In this document: piece by piece, positions 26,113 through 34,765 of the stretch
Layout of the letters: each line of letters begins with the position of its first letter
How positions within the stretch are numbered: position 1 is the stretch's first letter
Assembly (NCBI GenBank): GCA_964515685.1
Contig: CAZEWA010000002.1
Coordinates: 7,932-71,931, forward strand
DNA length: 64,000 nt
Direction: 5' to 3'
Source of the DNA: an uncultured Polyangiales bacterium
GTDB taxonomy: Bacteria; Myxococcota_A; Polyangia; Polyangiales; DASUME01
Program-made: the position numbers and the translations under genes
The notes under the pieces: model-generated
The model's input: only the letters and a program-made list of their open reading frames with translations
Database searches by the model: none
Told to the model about the DNA's origin: nothing

Positions 26113-27537
26113 TCAGGCGGTGAGGCTTCCGTTTTCAGAGGTGCGCGAGACGCTGAGAAGCCGCACTTCGATTCGGGCACCGCGCGGAGCATCGGCCGCG
26201 CGTATGTTGCCACCCGAGCGGATGGCGATGGCTTGAGACACCGAGAGACCAAGACCCGTGCCTTTGCCGGGCGGCTTGCTGGTCACGAACGGGTCAAACA
26301 TTTTGTCGCGCAGCTCGAGTGGAATGCCTGGCCCTGAATCCGAAACGGAAAGCAGCACCTCACGGGCATTGTGCTCCGCGGTTTCGATCAAAATGTATCC
26401 ATCGCCACCGACCGCGTCTGCGGCGTTCAGCAGGAGGTTCAACACGAGCTGTATGAGCTCGCTTTCGCTGCCACGTACGAGCGCGCTAGGAGCCGCAAAC
26501 CGCCGCTCGATCGTGATGCCGCGTAGATCTTTTTGCGGCGAAATGAGCTTGACCGCTTCCTCTACCACATGGACCAAGTTCGCTTGCTCCTCCGATATTT
26601 TGTCCGTGTCTGCACGGGCGTAGTCTAGGAGGCCGCGGATGATGCGGTGGATGCGCTCGACTTCGTTTTTTACGCGTTGCAGAAACTCGTGTTCTTCGGC
26701 TGGCTCGAGGTCGCCTGACAGGAGCAGCTCCACGAGTCCCAAAATCGCAGCCAGCGGGTTTCCTATCTCGTGGGCAATGCCCGCAGACAGTCGGCCCACG
26801 CTGGCGAGCTTCTCACTTCGGATCAAGTGGTCTTGCGTGGTGTGAAGTTCTCGCGTTGTATGCTCGAGCTCAGCAAGTCGCGCGACGAGAGCGCTTCTCT
26901 CTTCGCGTAGATCGCGCGCCATGCGATTGAAGCTCACCGAGAGCCGTGAGAGCTCAGCGGCTCCGACCACTGGCACGTGCGTGTGAAGTGCGGTGCTGGC
27001 GAGTCGCTCCGATGCGCGCGTAAGATTTTCGACGGGGCGCACGATGAGTCGTGTCAGGGCGACGTAGGTGGTCGCTAGAATCAACGCAAACGTGAGTAGC
27101 AGGTAAAGTCGCAGTAGTTTTTCGAGAGGGCCCGCCTCGTCGGCGAGCGAGGTTGTAGTCCATAGCGAGAGTTCGCTCCCGTCGGCCAGGCGCGTCTGTG
27201 CCGTGGGTTTTCCAGCGGTCCGGCCATGGCGCAACGTGCTGTCCGGCCCACGCTCAAGTGAAACTCCCACGACGTCGCCTCGGCCCAAGAGCCGCGGCAG
27301 GGAGGCTTCCGGTGTCAGGCCGTCGGTCTGTGCCATCAGCGTTGCGGCCATCACGTCGAGGGTTGCGTACGCGCGCCGACTGCGTTCGATGGTCTGAGCT
27401 TTGTGCGAGACCTGCATCACAATCACGCCGAGCGCCGCAAACGAAAGGATGAAAGCGATGCCGAGCGCGAGCAGTATCTGGGCGCGTAAGCCAAGCCCGT
27501 GGGCGTGTTCTGTGGTCTCGATCCGCTCCGTAGGCAT
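26113..27537 (-). CDS. Sensor histidine kinase (two TM helices, HAMP, HisKA, HATPase_c); no adjacent response regulator
   Basis: H-box [16 protein letters not shown]-box [13 protein letters not shown]-boxes SDSGPGI and GTGLGLS. Confidence 0.9.
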   Translation of the reverse strand: MPTERIETTEHAHGLGLRAQILLALGIAFILSFAALGVIVMQVSHKAQTIERSRRAYATLDVMAATLMAQTDGLTPEASLPRLLGRGDVVGVSLERGPDSTLRHGRTAGKPTAQTRLADGSELSLWTTTSLADEAGPLEKLLRLYLLLTFALILATTYVALTRLIVRPVENLTRASERLASTALHTHVPVVGAAELSRLSVSFNRMARDLREERSALVARLAELEHTTRELHTTQDHLIRSEKLASVGRLSAGIAHEIGNPLAAILGLVELLLSGDLEPAEEHEFLQRVKNEVERIHRIIRGLLDYARADTDKISEEQANLVHVVEEAVKLISPQKDLRGITIERRFAAPSALVRGSESELIQLVLNLLLNAADAVGGDGYILIETAEHNAREVLLSVSDSGPGIPLELRDKMFDPFVTSKPPGKGTGLGLSVSQAIAIRSGGNIRAADAPRGARIEVRLLSVSRTSENGSLTA

Positions 27538-27543
27538 GTAGCG

Positions 27544-27981
27544 TCACATCTGCGCTGGAACGAATCCTTTGGCAATCGAGAAAACGGTGCGTGCATAGTC
27601 GACGCGTACCGACCTTTTCGGTGGGGGAGGTGGCAGGCCCTGAAGACGCGAGGCCAAGATGGCTCGGTCTACGCGCAGCATGCCGATGAAGTTGAGCCCT
27701 AGGGCGCAAGTCTCGTCGCCGTAGCGTCGACCCCACAATACACGTGTGACTTCGGCCTCCGCGTCGATGTAGAGGCTCGACCCCGGCACACGGAACGAGG
27801 CGAGGACTCGCGTTCCGACGGGAGCAGGAGCCAGGGCCCGCACGCGCATGCCTTGGATGGAGAGATCCAGGCAGGTTTCGGCGAGCAGGGAGAATCCGGC
27901 TTCTTCGACAATCTGGCACGGCATGCGTACCTGCCTGCGCATAGCGGTTCGGTCCCGAGCAAAGAGCAAGATTTCACGCAT
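27544..27981 (-). CDS. PilZ domain protein
   Basis: RTAMRR (RxxxR) near the N-terminus and DLSIQGMRV (DxSxxG). 6-nt gap to the downstream histidine kinase gene. Confidence 0.65.
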   Translation of the reverse strand: MREILLFARDRTAMRRQVRMPCQIVEEAGFSLLAETCLDLSIQGMRVRALAPAPVGTRVLASFRVPGSSLYIDAEAEVTRVLWGRRYGDETCALGLNFIGMLRVDRAILASRLQGLPPPPPKRSVRVDYARTVFSIAKGFVPAQM

Positions 27982-28071
27982 CGACCCACCTCCAGAAGGA
28001 AAAGCCTACCGGGAGCGGCTCACGTCCCCAAAAAAGGCGTCAATCTGGGTGCCTGTGAGAGCTGCGCATGG

Positions 28072-28107
28072 GCCGCGCAACTGCTCCATGGACGCGGGTT
28101 GCGCGGC
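28072..28107. promoter_or_regulatory. Perfect 10-bp inverted repeat in a divergent promoter region
   Basis: GCCGCGCAAC (28072-28081) / GTTGCGCGGC (28098-28107), with a 16-nt spacer centred on CCATGG. It lies between the divergently transcribed PilZ operon and the acetyltransferase cassette. Confidence 0.3.
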
Positions 28108-28291
28108 TCGAGGGTTAACGTGATTCGATGAAAAGCCGCGCGAAACCGCACACTTTCAAACACAAACCAGCGACAGAAAAACGGAGAGTCGTGATTACCG
28201 GAGGCTCGGGGGCGTGTTAGCTTGTGTGAAGCGGAACGACACGGACGCTGACGTGTCTGGCTTACTGTTTCCCATAACGGACAGGGTTCGT

Positions 28292-28930
28292 ATGTTCGAG
28301 AACATCGTCGGGGACTATCGACGGCACGATAGTTCGTTAAGGAACGGCGGCTTCTGGGCGCTCCTCGTATATCGCTTTGGCCGCTGGTCACTGCGTGCGC
28401 GCTCAGAACGGCCATTTGTAGGAAGGATCTGTGGTCTTTCGTACGGTCAAATCAAGCCCTTGGTGACTTGGATTACAGGTGTGGACTTGGAATGTACGAC
28501 ACAAGTGGGCGAGGCATTTCACATCGTCCATTCCACGGGTGTCTCCATTCATCCAAATGCAGTCATCGGTGATCGGGTCGGCGTCATGCACGGCGTGACG
28601 ATCGGCAGCAACATGGGGCAAGACGTTCCGGTGATCGGCAACGACGTCTTCATCGGCTGCAACGCTAGCATTCTCGGTGGTGTCAAGATTGGCGATGGCG
28701 CGCGCGTAGCCGCAAATTCGCTGGTAATTTCTGACGTTCCACCTGGATCGATGGCCATGGGCGTGCCGGCTCGATGCATCCCTGGAGTCAGTCGTTTGCG
28801 CGAGGCGCGCGCGAGCCGCAGCCTGGATTCGGCGCAAAAGAGCCTGGAACGCACCGCAAAGGGCGAAGCGCCAGCTGAGTCGCGCATTTCATCGAGCCTG
28901 ATGCGGGAGGAAAAGGGAGGCGCGTCGTGA
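28292..28930 (+). CDS. Hexapeptide-repeat O-acetyltransferase (serine acetyltransferase/WcaB-like)
   Basis: MFENIVGDYRRH...FWALLVYRFGRW N-terminus, then left-handed beta-helix repeats IHPNAVIGDRVGVMHGVTIGS...IGNDVFIGCNASILGGVKIGDGARVAANSLV. An alternative GTG start exists at 28214. Confidence 0.8.
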   Translation: MFENIVGDYRRHDSSLRNGGFWALLVYRFGRWSLRARSERPFVGRICGLSYGQIKPLVTWITGVDLECTTQVGEAFHIVHSTGVSIHPNAVIGDRVGVMHGVTIGSNMGQDVPVIGNDVFIGCNASILGGVKIGDGARVAANSLVISDVPPGSMAMGVPARCIPGVSRLREARASRSLDSAQKSLERTAKGEAPAESRISSSLMREEKGGAS

Positions 28931-30585
28931 GCTCCTTGCCGACGGATGCGGAGTCGTGGCTTTCCATTCTGGAGGCCCACGCACGTTTACGAGGCGATAA
29001 GACGGCCATCACGTGTCGCTTTGCGGATGGTGGTTATGGCCAGACTTCGTTCGCGCAGCTCGCCGACAAGGTGCAGGCCTTGGCTGTGCACTTCGAACAG
29101 GAGTGCAGCGAAGGGCAAATTATCCCGCTGTGTTTGGCGCGCGGTCCAGATGCCGTGGCGGCGATCATGGCGGCGCTCGTGGCAGGGCGCGTCTTCTGCT
29201 GCGTGAATCCGAAGCTCAGATTGCCGCAGATCGAGCACATCATCTCGTCTACGCGTGCAACTTGCGCACTGGTCGACGAGTCCGGTTTGCTGTCGATGCG
29301 CGGCGATATTGGCGCCGAATCAGCCCTGTTTTCGCCCACGTGGTGGATGCGGGAAGACGTACCCGTAACGCGCCTGGCCATGAAGGCCTATCGACGCTTT
29401 CAAGACCGTGGACGCATTCGTGCTTTAGCCATGCAGCCTGCGTCATGGTATGCGGAGCGTGAGCGCGATCCAGAACGCGTAGGAGCCTGTCTTTTTACGT
29501 CCGGTTCGACAGGAACGCCAAAGGGCGTCCTGGTGAGCGCGGCGGATCTGCTCGCCCGTGCGCGTGCAGAGGCTGCATGGTTCGGTCTCAGCGATGCGGA
29601 CGTCTTGCTCAATATCTTACCGTTCTCATTCGACGTGGGGCTCAACCAAATGTTGTCCGCGCTGCTTGTGGGGGCGGAGTTGATCGTGCTCGATTCGTGG
29701 CTTCCAAAGGACATTCTGTCCGTCACGGAAAGTCGAAAAGCCACGGGAATTTCCGGTGTTCCCTCCATCTGGGCGGACTTCTTTCGAGACGGCGCTCGGT
29801 TCGACTGCAAGGCAGCCCATCGGTCCCTGCGCTATCTTACGGTTTCAGGGGGTGACCTGACGCAGGCGCAGCACGCGCGTCTTCCTGCCCTGGCTGAAGG
29901 CGCAAAAATCTTCAAGACCTACGGTCAGACGGAAGCCTTTCGAGCCACGTCACTACGGCCCGAAGACTACACGCGCAGGCCGCTCAGTGTGGGCAGAGCG
30001 TTCCAGGGCGTCGACCTCTACGTGGTGCGTGAAGATGGAAGCCTTGCCGCGCCGAACGAGCTCGGGGAAGTTGTCCATGGTGGACTCGGTCTGATGCTCG
30101 GCTATCTCGATGGAGACGACCCTCAGAACAAGCTGCGCGACAACCCTTGGCGACGCGCAGAGGGCGGAAGTCGAAGGGTGGTCTTCACGGGGGATATCGG
30201 ATTTCTCGACGATGAGGGCTTTCTCCATCTCTCCGGTCGCCGCGATGATCTGGTGAAAATTCAGGGCAATCGTGTGTATCCGGGTGAAGTGCGAAACCAC
30301 ATCGCGTTGCTACCGGGCGTTGCCAGTGTGGAGGTTATCGTGGTGCGGACCGACAATCGGACAGAACTCGCGGCGTTCGTGGTGCTTGATTCAACGATCG
30401 AATCAGGTTCCTTGGACGCAAAAAACCTGCGTCTCCGGCTGCAGCGAGAGGTGCCATCGTACATGGTGCCCGAGTTGTTTTTCCTGCGTGAGAGCTTGCC
30501 GCGCACGATGACTGGCAAACCCGACCGCGTCACGCTCGCGGCCGAGGCCGTTGAGCATTTGGCTGGAACGCGGTGCGCCCGATGA
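28927..30585 (+). CDS. ANL-superfamily adenylating enzyme (AMP-forming ligase / carrier-protein loading enzyme)
   Basis: The GTG start overlaps the upstream stop (GTGA). Core motifs LFTSGSTGTPKGV, TYGQTEA, GDIGFLDDEGFLHLSGRRDDLVKIQGNRVYPGEV and PRTMTGKPDR. Confidence 0.9.
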   Translation: MSSLPTDAESWLSILEAHARLRGDKTAITCRFADGGYGQTSFAQLADKVQALAVHFEQECSEGQIIPLCLARGPDAVAAIMAALVAGRVFCCVNPKLRLPQIEHIISSTRATCALVDESGLLSMRGDIGAESALFSPTWWMREDVPVTRLAMKAYRRFQDRGRIRALAMQPASWYAERERDPERVGACLFTSGSTGTPKGVLVSAADLLARARAEAAWFGLSDADVLLNILPFSFDVGLNQMLSALLVGAELIVLDSWLPKDILSVTESRKATGISGVPSIWADFFRDGARFDCKAAHRSLRYLTVSGGDLTQAQHARLPALAEGAKIFKTYGQTEAFRATSLRPEDYTRRPLSVGRAFQGVDLYVVREDGSLAAPNELGEVVHGGLGLMLGYLDGDDPQNKLRDNPWRRAEGGSRRVVFTGDIGFLDDEGFLHLSGRRDDLVKIQGNRVYPGEVRNHIALLPGVASVEVIVVRTDNRTELAAFVVLDSTIESGSLDAKNLRLRLQREVPSYMVPELFFLRESLPRTMTGKPDRVTLAAEAVEHLAGTRCAR

Positions 30586-31856
30586 TTACCGAAGCACGCA
30601 AACAGATTCTCGCGAAGGTTGCGGAGCGCAGCGGCACGCCGTCGTTCGTGTACTTCATCGCGGATATGGAGCAGCGAGCCAAGGAACTCAAAGACGCCTT
30701 TGAGGGAGCCTTCAGTCTCAGCTTCGCGATGAAGTGTAACCCGCACCCGGCCATCGTGCGCAAGCTGCAAGGGCTCACCGAAGCGCTCGATGTGTCTTCG
30801 GGAGGGGAGCTGCGCATCGCGCTTGCGTTGGGCTATCGCCCAGACCGTATTAGTTTTACGGGGCCCGCCAAGCAGCGTGCAGACTTGGAGCTGGCCGTGC
30901 ATCACGCGATAGGCGAGGTGGTGGTCGAGTCTGTGCGTGAGGCTCGCGAGCTGAGCCAGCTTGCACAGCGCCAGGGCAAAACTCAGTCCATTCTGATTCG
31001 TATTGCACCTCGGCGGGTACCAAAGGGCTTCGGTGTGAACATGGCGGGTCGTCCATGCCAGTTCGGCATCGACGAAGAGGACCTCGATGCGGCCGTCCAC
31101 AGCATCAAAAACCTGCCCGGGCTCGCGCTCCAAGGCTTTCATATCTACTCCGGCACGCAGTGCCTCAAGCCTGCTGCAATCGCCGAAAATTACGGCATTT
31201 TGATGGATATCTATCGAGGGGTGTGCTCTGCGCACAAGCTTCGTCCAAGAAAGCTCATCTTCGGCTCAGGGTTTGGTATCCCCTATCACGACGAAGACGT
31301 ACCTCTCCGCGCACAGGACGTGGCGGACCGCGTGCTGTCGGAGCTGCAAGCCTTTAAGCGCGAGGGGCCCTTTGCGGAGGTGGAGCTCATCTTGGAGATG
31401 GGCCGTTACCTTGTCGGCGAAGCCGGCATCTACCTAACGCGAGTCGTGAATCGCAAGCACTCGAGGGGCACGGAGATAGCCACCTTTGATGGAGGCATGC
31501 ATCACCACTTGGGCGCTGCGGGCCACTTGGGGATGGTTCTGCATCGCAACTACCGCCTGTTTCAGCTCTCCCCACATCCGGAAGCCACGCGCGTCCAGCA
31601 CGACCTCTACGGCCCGCTTTGCACGACCATCGACGTGCTGGGGCGCGGCGTCGAGATGCCTGAACTCCAGGTTGGCGACGTGATCGGAATCCACTGCAGT
31701 GGCGCCTACGGTGTCACAGCCAGTCCGGCACACTTCATCAGCCATGACTTGCCGGCCGAAGTGATGGTCGAGGGCCCAGAAAGTGCCCCGGTTGTAACCG
31801 AGATTTCAAGCCGTCGTCGGCATGGAGATCCAGACTCTGTAAGTGGGGCGATGTAA
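30582..31856 (+). CDS. PLP-dependent decarboxylase, Orn/DAP/Arg decarboxylase (alanine-racemase fold) family
   Basis: The ATG overlaps the upstream TGA (ATGA, 30582-30585). FAMKCNPHP (PLP Lys context), DVSSGGEL, the HIYSGTQ region and C-terminal CSGAYG. Confidence 0.85.
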   Translation: MITEARKQILAKVAERSGTPSFVYFIADMEQRAKELKDAFEGAFSLSFAMKCNPHPAIVRKLQGLTEALDVSSGGELRIALALGYRPDRISFTGPAKQRADLELAVHHAIGEVVVESVREARELSQLAQRQGKTQSILIRIAPRRVPKGFGVNMAGRPCQFGIDEEDLDAAVHSIKNLPGLALQGFHIYSGTQCLKPAAIAENYGILMDIYRGVCSAHKLRPRKLIFGSGFGIPYHDEDVPLRAQDVADRVLSELQAFKREGPFAEVELILEMGRYLVGEAGIYLTRVVNRKHSRGTEIATFDGGMHHHLGAAGHLGMVLHRNYRLFQLSPHPEATRVQHDLYGPLCTTIDVLGRGVEMPELQVGDVIGIHCSGAYGVTASPAHFISHDLPAEVMVEGPESAPVVTEISSRRRHGDPDSVSGAM

Positions 31857-31871
31857 TCGGGGGGAGCCAAC

Positions 31872-32114
31872 ATGAGTCGTTATGAGCGGATCGTTTTGTA
31901 TATACGGGAGCACATGGAGCCGGAGTTCGACCCGGGTGAGGATGCGCTGAGCCAGGTGCTTGACTCGGTGTCACTGCTCCAGTTGATCACGTTTATCGAC
32001 CACGATCTGGGGATTCCGCTCGACCTCGAGGGGCTCAGCATGGAGAGTTTTGCGTCGGTGGAGAGTGTCGTCCGCCTGTTGGGGGAGTACGGGCGCGAGA
32101 GTCACACGCACTGA
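31872..32114 (+). CDS. Stand-alone acyl/peptidyl carrier protein
   Basis: 80 aa. Phosphopantetheine-attachment context SQVLDSVSLLQLITFIDHDLGI (DSxxxLQL). Confidence 0.8.
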   Translation: MSRYERIVLYIREHMEPEFDPGEDALSQVLDSVSLLQLITFIDHDLGIPLDLEGLSMESFASVESVVRLLGEYGRESHTH

Positions 32115-32382
32115 GAACGGCGATGTAAGCGGGGGGCCGTCCTAGACTGTGGATCCCGGCGGGGGTGACTGTGCATGAGCAAACTGCACTGGAGCCACCG
32201 GGCGGGATCGTTTCTGTCGCAAATCGTGTATCCTGTGCCTTGGAGTGCCAAAATCTTTTGCACTCGCACGGGACGGTTTGGTCATGAGGTGGAATCCCGA
32301 CATCGTGTCTTCGCCATGCCGGCCTGCGAGGAAAGTGGCGCACCGAACCGTGCGCGAACAAGACTTCGCTTTGGTGTAGTGC

Positions 32383-33420
32383 ATGTTCATCTCCATCCTT
32401 ATGGTCCGCGGATTGATAGGCGAGCTGCAGCGTCGAGGCATCGAACCGCATCGCCTGTTGGAAGGCTTTGAGATTGAGCCGGCAACGCTCGCGGATATGC
32501 GGAGCATGATCGAGGTTCCGATCTTCGAGCGCATGGTCTCGCGTGCGATGAAGATCACGGACGACCCCGGCCTAGGGTTGTCCGTAGGATCTCATGCACC
32601 CGACCACATGCTGCAGCTGTTGGGTCACCTACTCATGTCAGCCTCGACACCGCTTGAGGCGTTCGAACTGTTTCAGCGCTTTTCGCCCTTGGTTGTGGAT
32701 GATATGCGCTTGTCTCTCGCGGTGCGCGGTCCCACGGCCAAGGTGACCTTTGGCTACCACGGAGCGGTGGCCGAGGAGACCTTGCGGTTCGGGGCGGATA
32801 TCACAGCCTCCATGATCGTGCGTGTGGTCCGGCAGTTCATTGGCGAGGACGCGTTCGCCAATGAGATTTGGTTTCGCCATGCCGAGCCGAGCTACGCCTT
32901 CCGCTACCAGAAGGTGTTCACATGTCCCGTTCGCTTCTCCCAAGCCGAGAATGCGCTCTGGGGGGACGCCGCGATCTTGCAGCAGCCCCAGCGCTACGGT
33001 GACCTCACCACGAGCCAGTTTTTGCGCGCGGCAGCCGAAAAAATGCTGAGCCAGCTGGGGACTCGGGCCAGTATCGGAGAGCGCTTGAGCGCTCGGTTGC
33101 GCCAGGAAGCGGACCTGTGCAACGTCGATATGTCGGCGATTGCGCGCGAGTTTGGGTTGACCCATCGCGCCATGCGGCGGCGTTTGCAGACCGAGGGCTC
33201 GTCGATGTCGCAGATTCTGGAGCAGGCGCGCGAGCGGATGGCCTGTGAGGAGCTACGGCGTCCCGGAGCCTCGATCCGAGACGCAGCAGAACGCATCGGC
33301 TACTCCGAACCGAGTGCCTTCTTCCGGGCGTTTAAACGCTGGACCGGGCTTACGCCTGCGCAGTACCTGCGAGCGGCACAAGAGGGCTCGTTGCCGGTGT
33401 CGGAGACGACCTCCAACTAG
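32383..33420 (+). CDS. AraC family transcriptional regulator with an N-terminal AraC-type ligand-binding domain
   Basis: C-terminal double HTH ...IAREFGLTHRAMRRRLQTEG... and IRDAAERIGYSEPSAFFRAFKRWTGLTPAQY. Confidence 0.9.
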   Translation: MFISILMVRGLIGELQRRGIEPHRLLEGFEIEPATLADMRSMIEVPIFERMVSRAMKITDDPGLGLSVGSHAPDHMLQLLGHLLMSASTPLEAFELFQRFSPLVVDDMRLSLAVRGPTAKVTFGYHGAVAEETLRFGADITASMIVRVVRQFIGEDAFANEIWFRHAEPSYAFRYQKVFTCPVRFSQAENALWGDAAILQQPQRYGDLTTSQFLRAAAEKMLSQLGTRASIGERLSARLRQEADLCNVDMSAIAREFGLTHRAMRRRLQTEGSSMSQILEQARERMACEELRRPGASIRDAAERIGYSEPSAFFRAFKRWTGLTPAQYLRAAQEGSLPVSETTSN

Positions 33421-33494
33421 CCTGGTGGGCACTCTGGGCCGCGATCAGATCAGACAGCGGACATCAGCAAGCTTGAGCCTCGGGAGCCGCGCCG

Positions 33495-34073
33495 TCAGAG
33501 GCAGATCCAGTGATACCAGTCGCAGATGCAGTTGTAGCCGGAGTAGCCGCAGGTGGCGTAGATCGGCACGCCGATACACGAGCCAATCGGGTTTTCAGGG
33601 GCGTGCTTAGGGCACTCTGGGATGTTGGAGGCATCGGGCTCGCGACCGGGCACGATGGTGTCGTTGGGATCGGACGAGCCGATGTCGCCGCTGCCCGTCG
33701 CGGGAGGGGGCGTACCCGCGTCATCACAACCGAAGAGGCTACACAAAATAGAACCGATGTCGCCGCCCGCCGGGCCGGCCATATCTTCTTCTTCTTCTTC
33801 TTCAGCAGGATACTCGGGCGTCGTAGGATAGTCGTCCGTGGACGGGGGCGGAACATAGCCGTTTCCATCCGAGGGAGGCGGATAGATCGGCTCCTCTTCT
33901 CCCGTCGGCTCGATCCCGGGTGGCGGCGTCCACTTGCCGTCCTCACCGACAGGATTCGCTGCGGGATCCGCGCAAGCAGCGAGGGAAAGCAAGAGCGCTA
34001 CCGCGCTTACTCTTCCGAACAGGGAGCGGATATCAACCACTTGAGAAGCAAAGCTAGGCCGAAGTAAGTTCAT
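33495..34073 (-). CDS. Pro/Glu-rich lipoprotein with a Cys-rich C-terminal module, hypothetical
   Basis: ORF 33495..34094; start chosen at MNLLRPSF. Lipobox LLLSLAAC, an EEEEEE run (GAA x6), and C-terminal ECPKHAPENPIGSCIGVPIYATCGYSGYNCICDWYHWICL. Confidence 0.6.
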   Translation of the reverse strand: MNLLRPSFASQVVDIRSLFGRVSAVALLLSLAACADPAANPVGEDGKWTPPPGIEPTGEEEPIYPPPSDGNGYVPPPSTDDYPTTPEYPAEEEEEEDMAGPAGGDIGSILCSLFGCDDAGTPPPATGSGDIGSSDPNDTIVPGREPDASNIPECPKHAPENPIGSCIGVPIYATCGYSGYNCICDWYHWICL

Positions 34074-34170
34074 GCGTCCATCATGACCTGACACTTCGAT
34101 CCGAATCGCTGACCGCTACGACTAAACGGTTGCTACTTGTGACCGTGGATTGGCCCAAGCGTAGCCGAGT

Positions 34171-34752
34171 TCACTCATCGTCGTGTGGGTCGCTCTTGTT
34201 GAGCCAGTTCCGGATGGCCATGTACGGAATCACGGTGACGAAGAGCATGTCGACCTCGACGCCCCCTGTGTACTCCATGAAATCGTAGCTGCCGTTGAGC
34301 TGCTTTCGTGCGCTGAAGAACACATTGAGACCGTAGCCATACCACCCGTGGTAGTTGTAGCTGCGGTAGCCCAGCGTCGCTGTGCCGATGCCCATCCAGC
34401 CATCGGGAGCTTCGCGGCGATGGGCAAGGCCGATGAGCCCAGTCCCAGTGAAGGACATGCTGAGCGGCAGCGGGACGAGCAGGGTAAAACCGCCTGCGCC
34501 CTCGAGCGTGTAGAGGTCGGTGGTACGGCCTTCCATGGCCGGGCCGAAGCGGAAGGAGCGAGGTTTCGCGGGCCCCCAGAGCATGTCGCCCGTGAGGCTC
34601 AGCGAGGTGATGAACTCGCTCTTATCGTTCCATTTTCGCTGCCCGAATCCGAGCCCTCCTCGCCACGAGAACATTTCGTCGGCGTGCGCCGCGCTCGGCG
34701 CAAAGAGGGGAAGCGAAAAGAGGAGAGCTACGAGGAAGACTAATCGGCGCAC
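34171..34752 (-). CDS. Secreted beta-rich (probably outer-membrane) protein, hypothetical
   Basis: Signal peptide MRRLVFLVALLFSLPLFAPSAAHA; Gly/aromatic-rich alternating segments. Confidence 0.55.
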   Translation of the reverse strand: MRRLVFLVALLFSLPLFAPSAAHADEMFSWRGGLGFGQRKWNDKSEFITSLSLTGDMLWGPAKPRSFRFGPAMEGRTTDLYTLEGAGGFTLLVPLPLSMSFTGTGLIGLAHRREAPDGWMGIGTATLGYRSYNYHGWYGYGLNVFFSARKQLNGSYDFMEYTGGVEVDMLFVTVIPYMAIRNWLNKSDPHDDE

Positions 34753-34765
34753 GGAGGTGCTTGTA

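Noticed and set aside
28258-28272. Sigma-54-like promoter TGGCTTACTGTTTCC about 20 nt upstream of the acetyltransferase ATG.
   Set aside because: The -24 TGGC is present, but the -12 element reads TTCC and lacks the essential GC dinucleotide. The spacing to the ATG would also leave almost no leader.
33785-33802. (CTT)6 microsatellite.
   Set aside because: It is in frame within the lipoprotein gene (GAA x6 = EEEEEE). This is a coding low-complexity run, not an independent repeat element.
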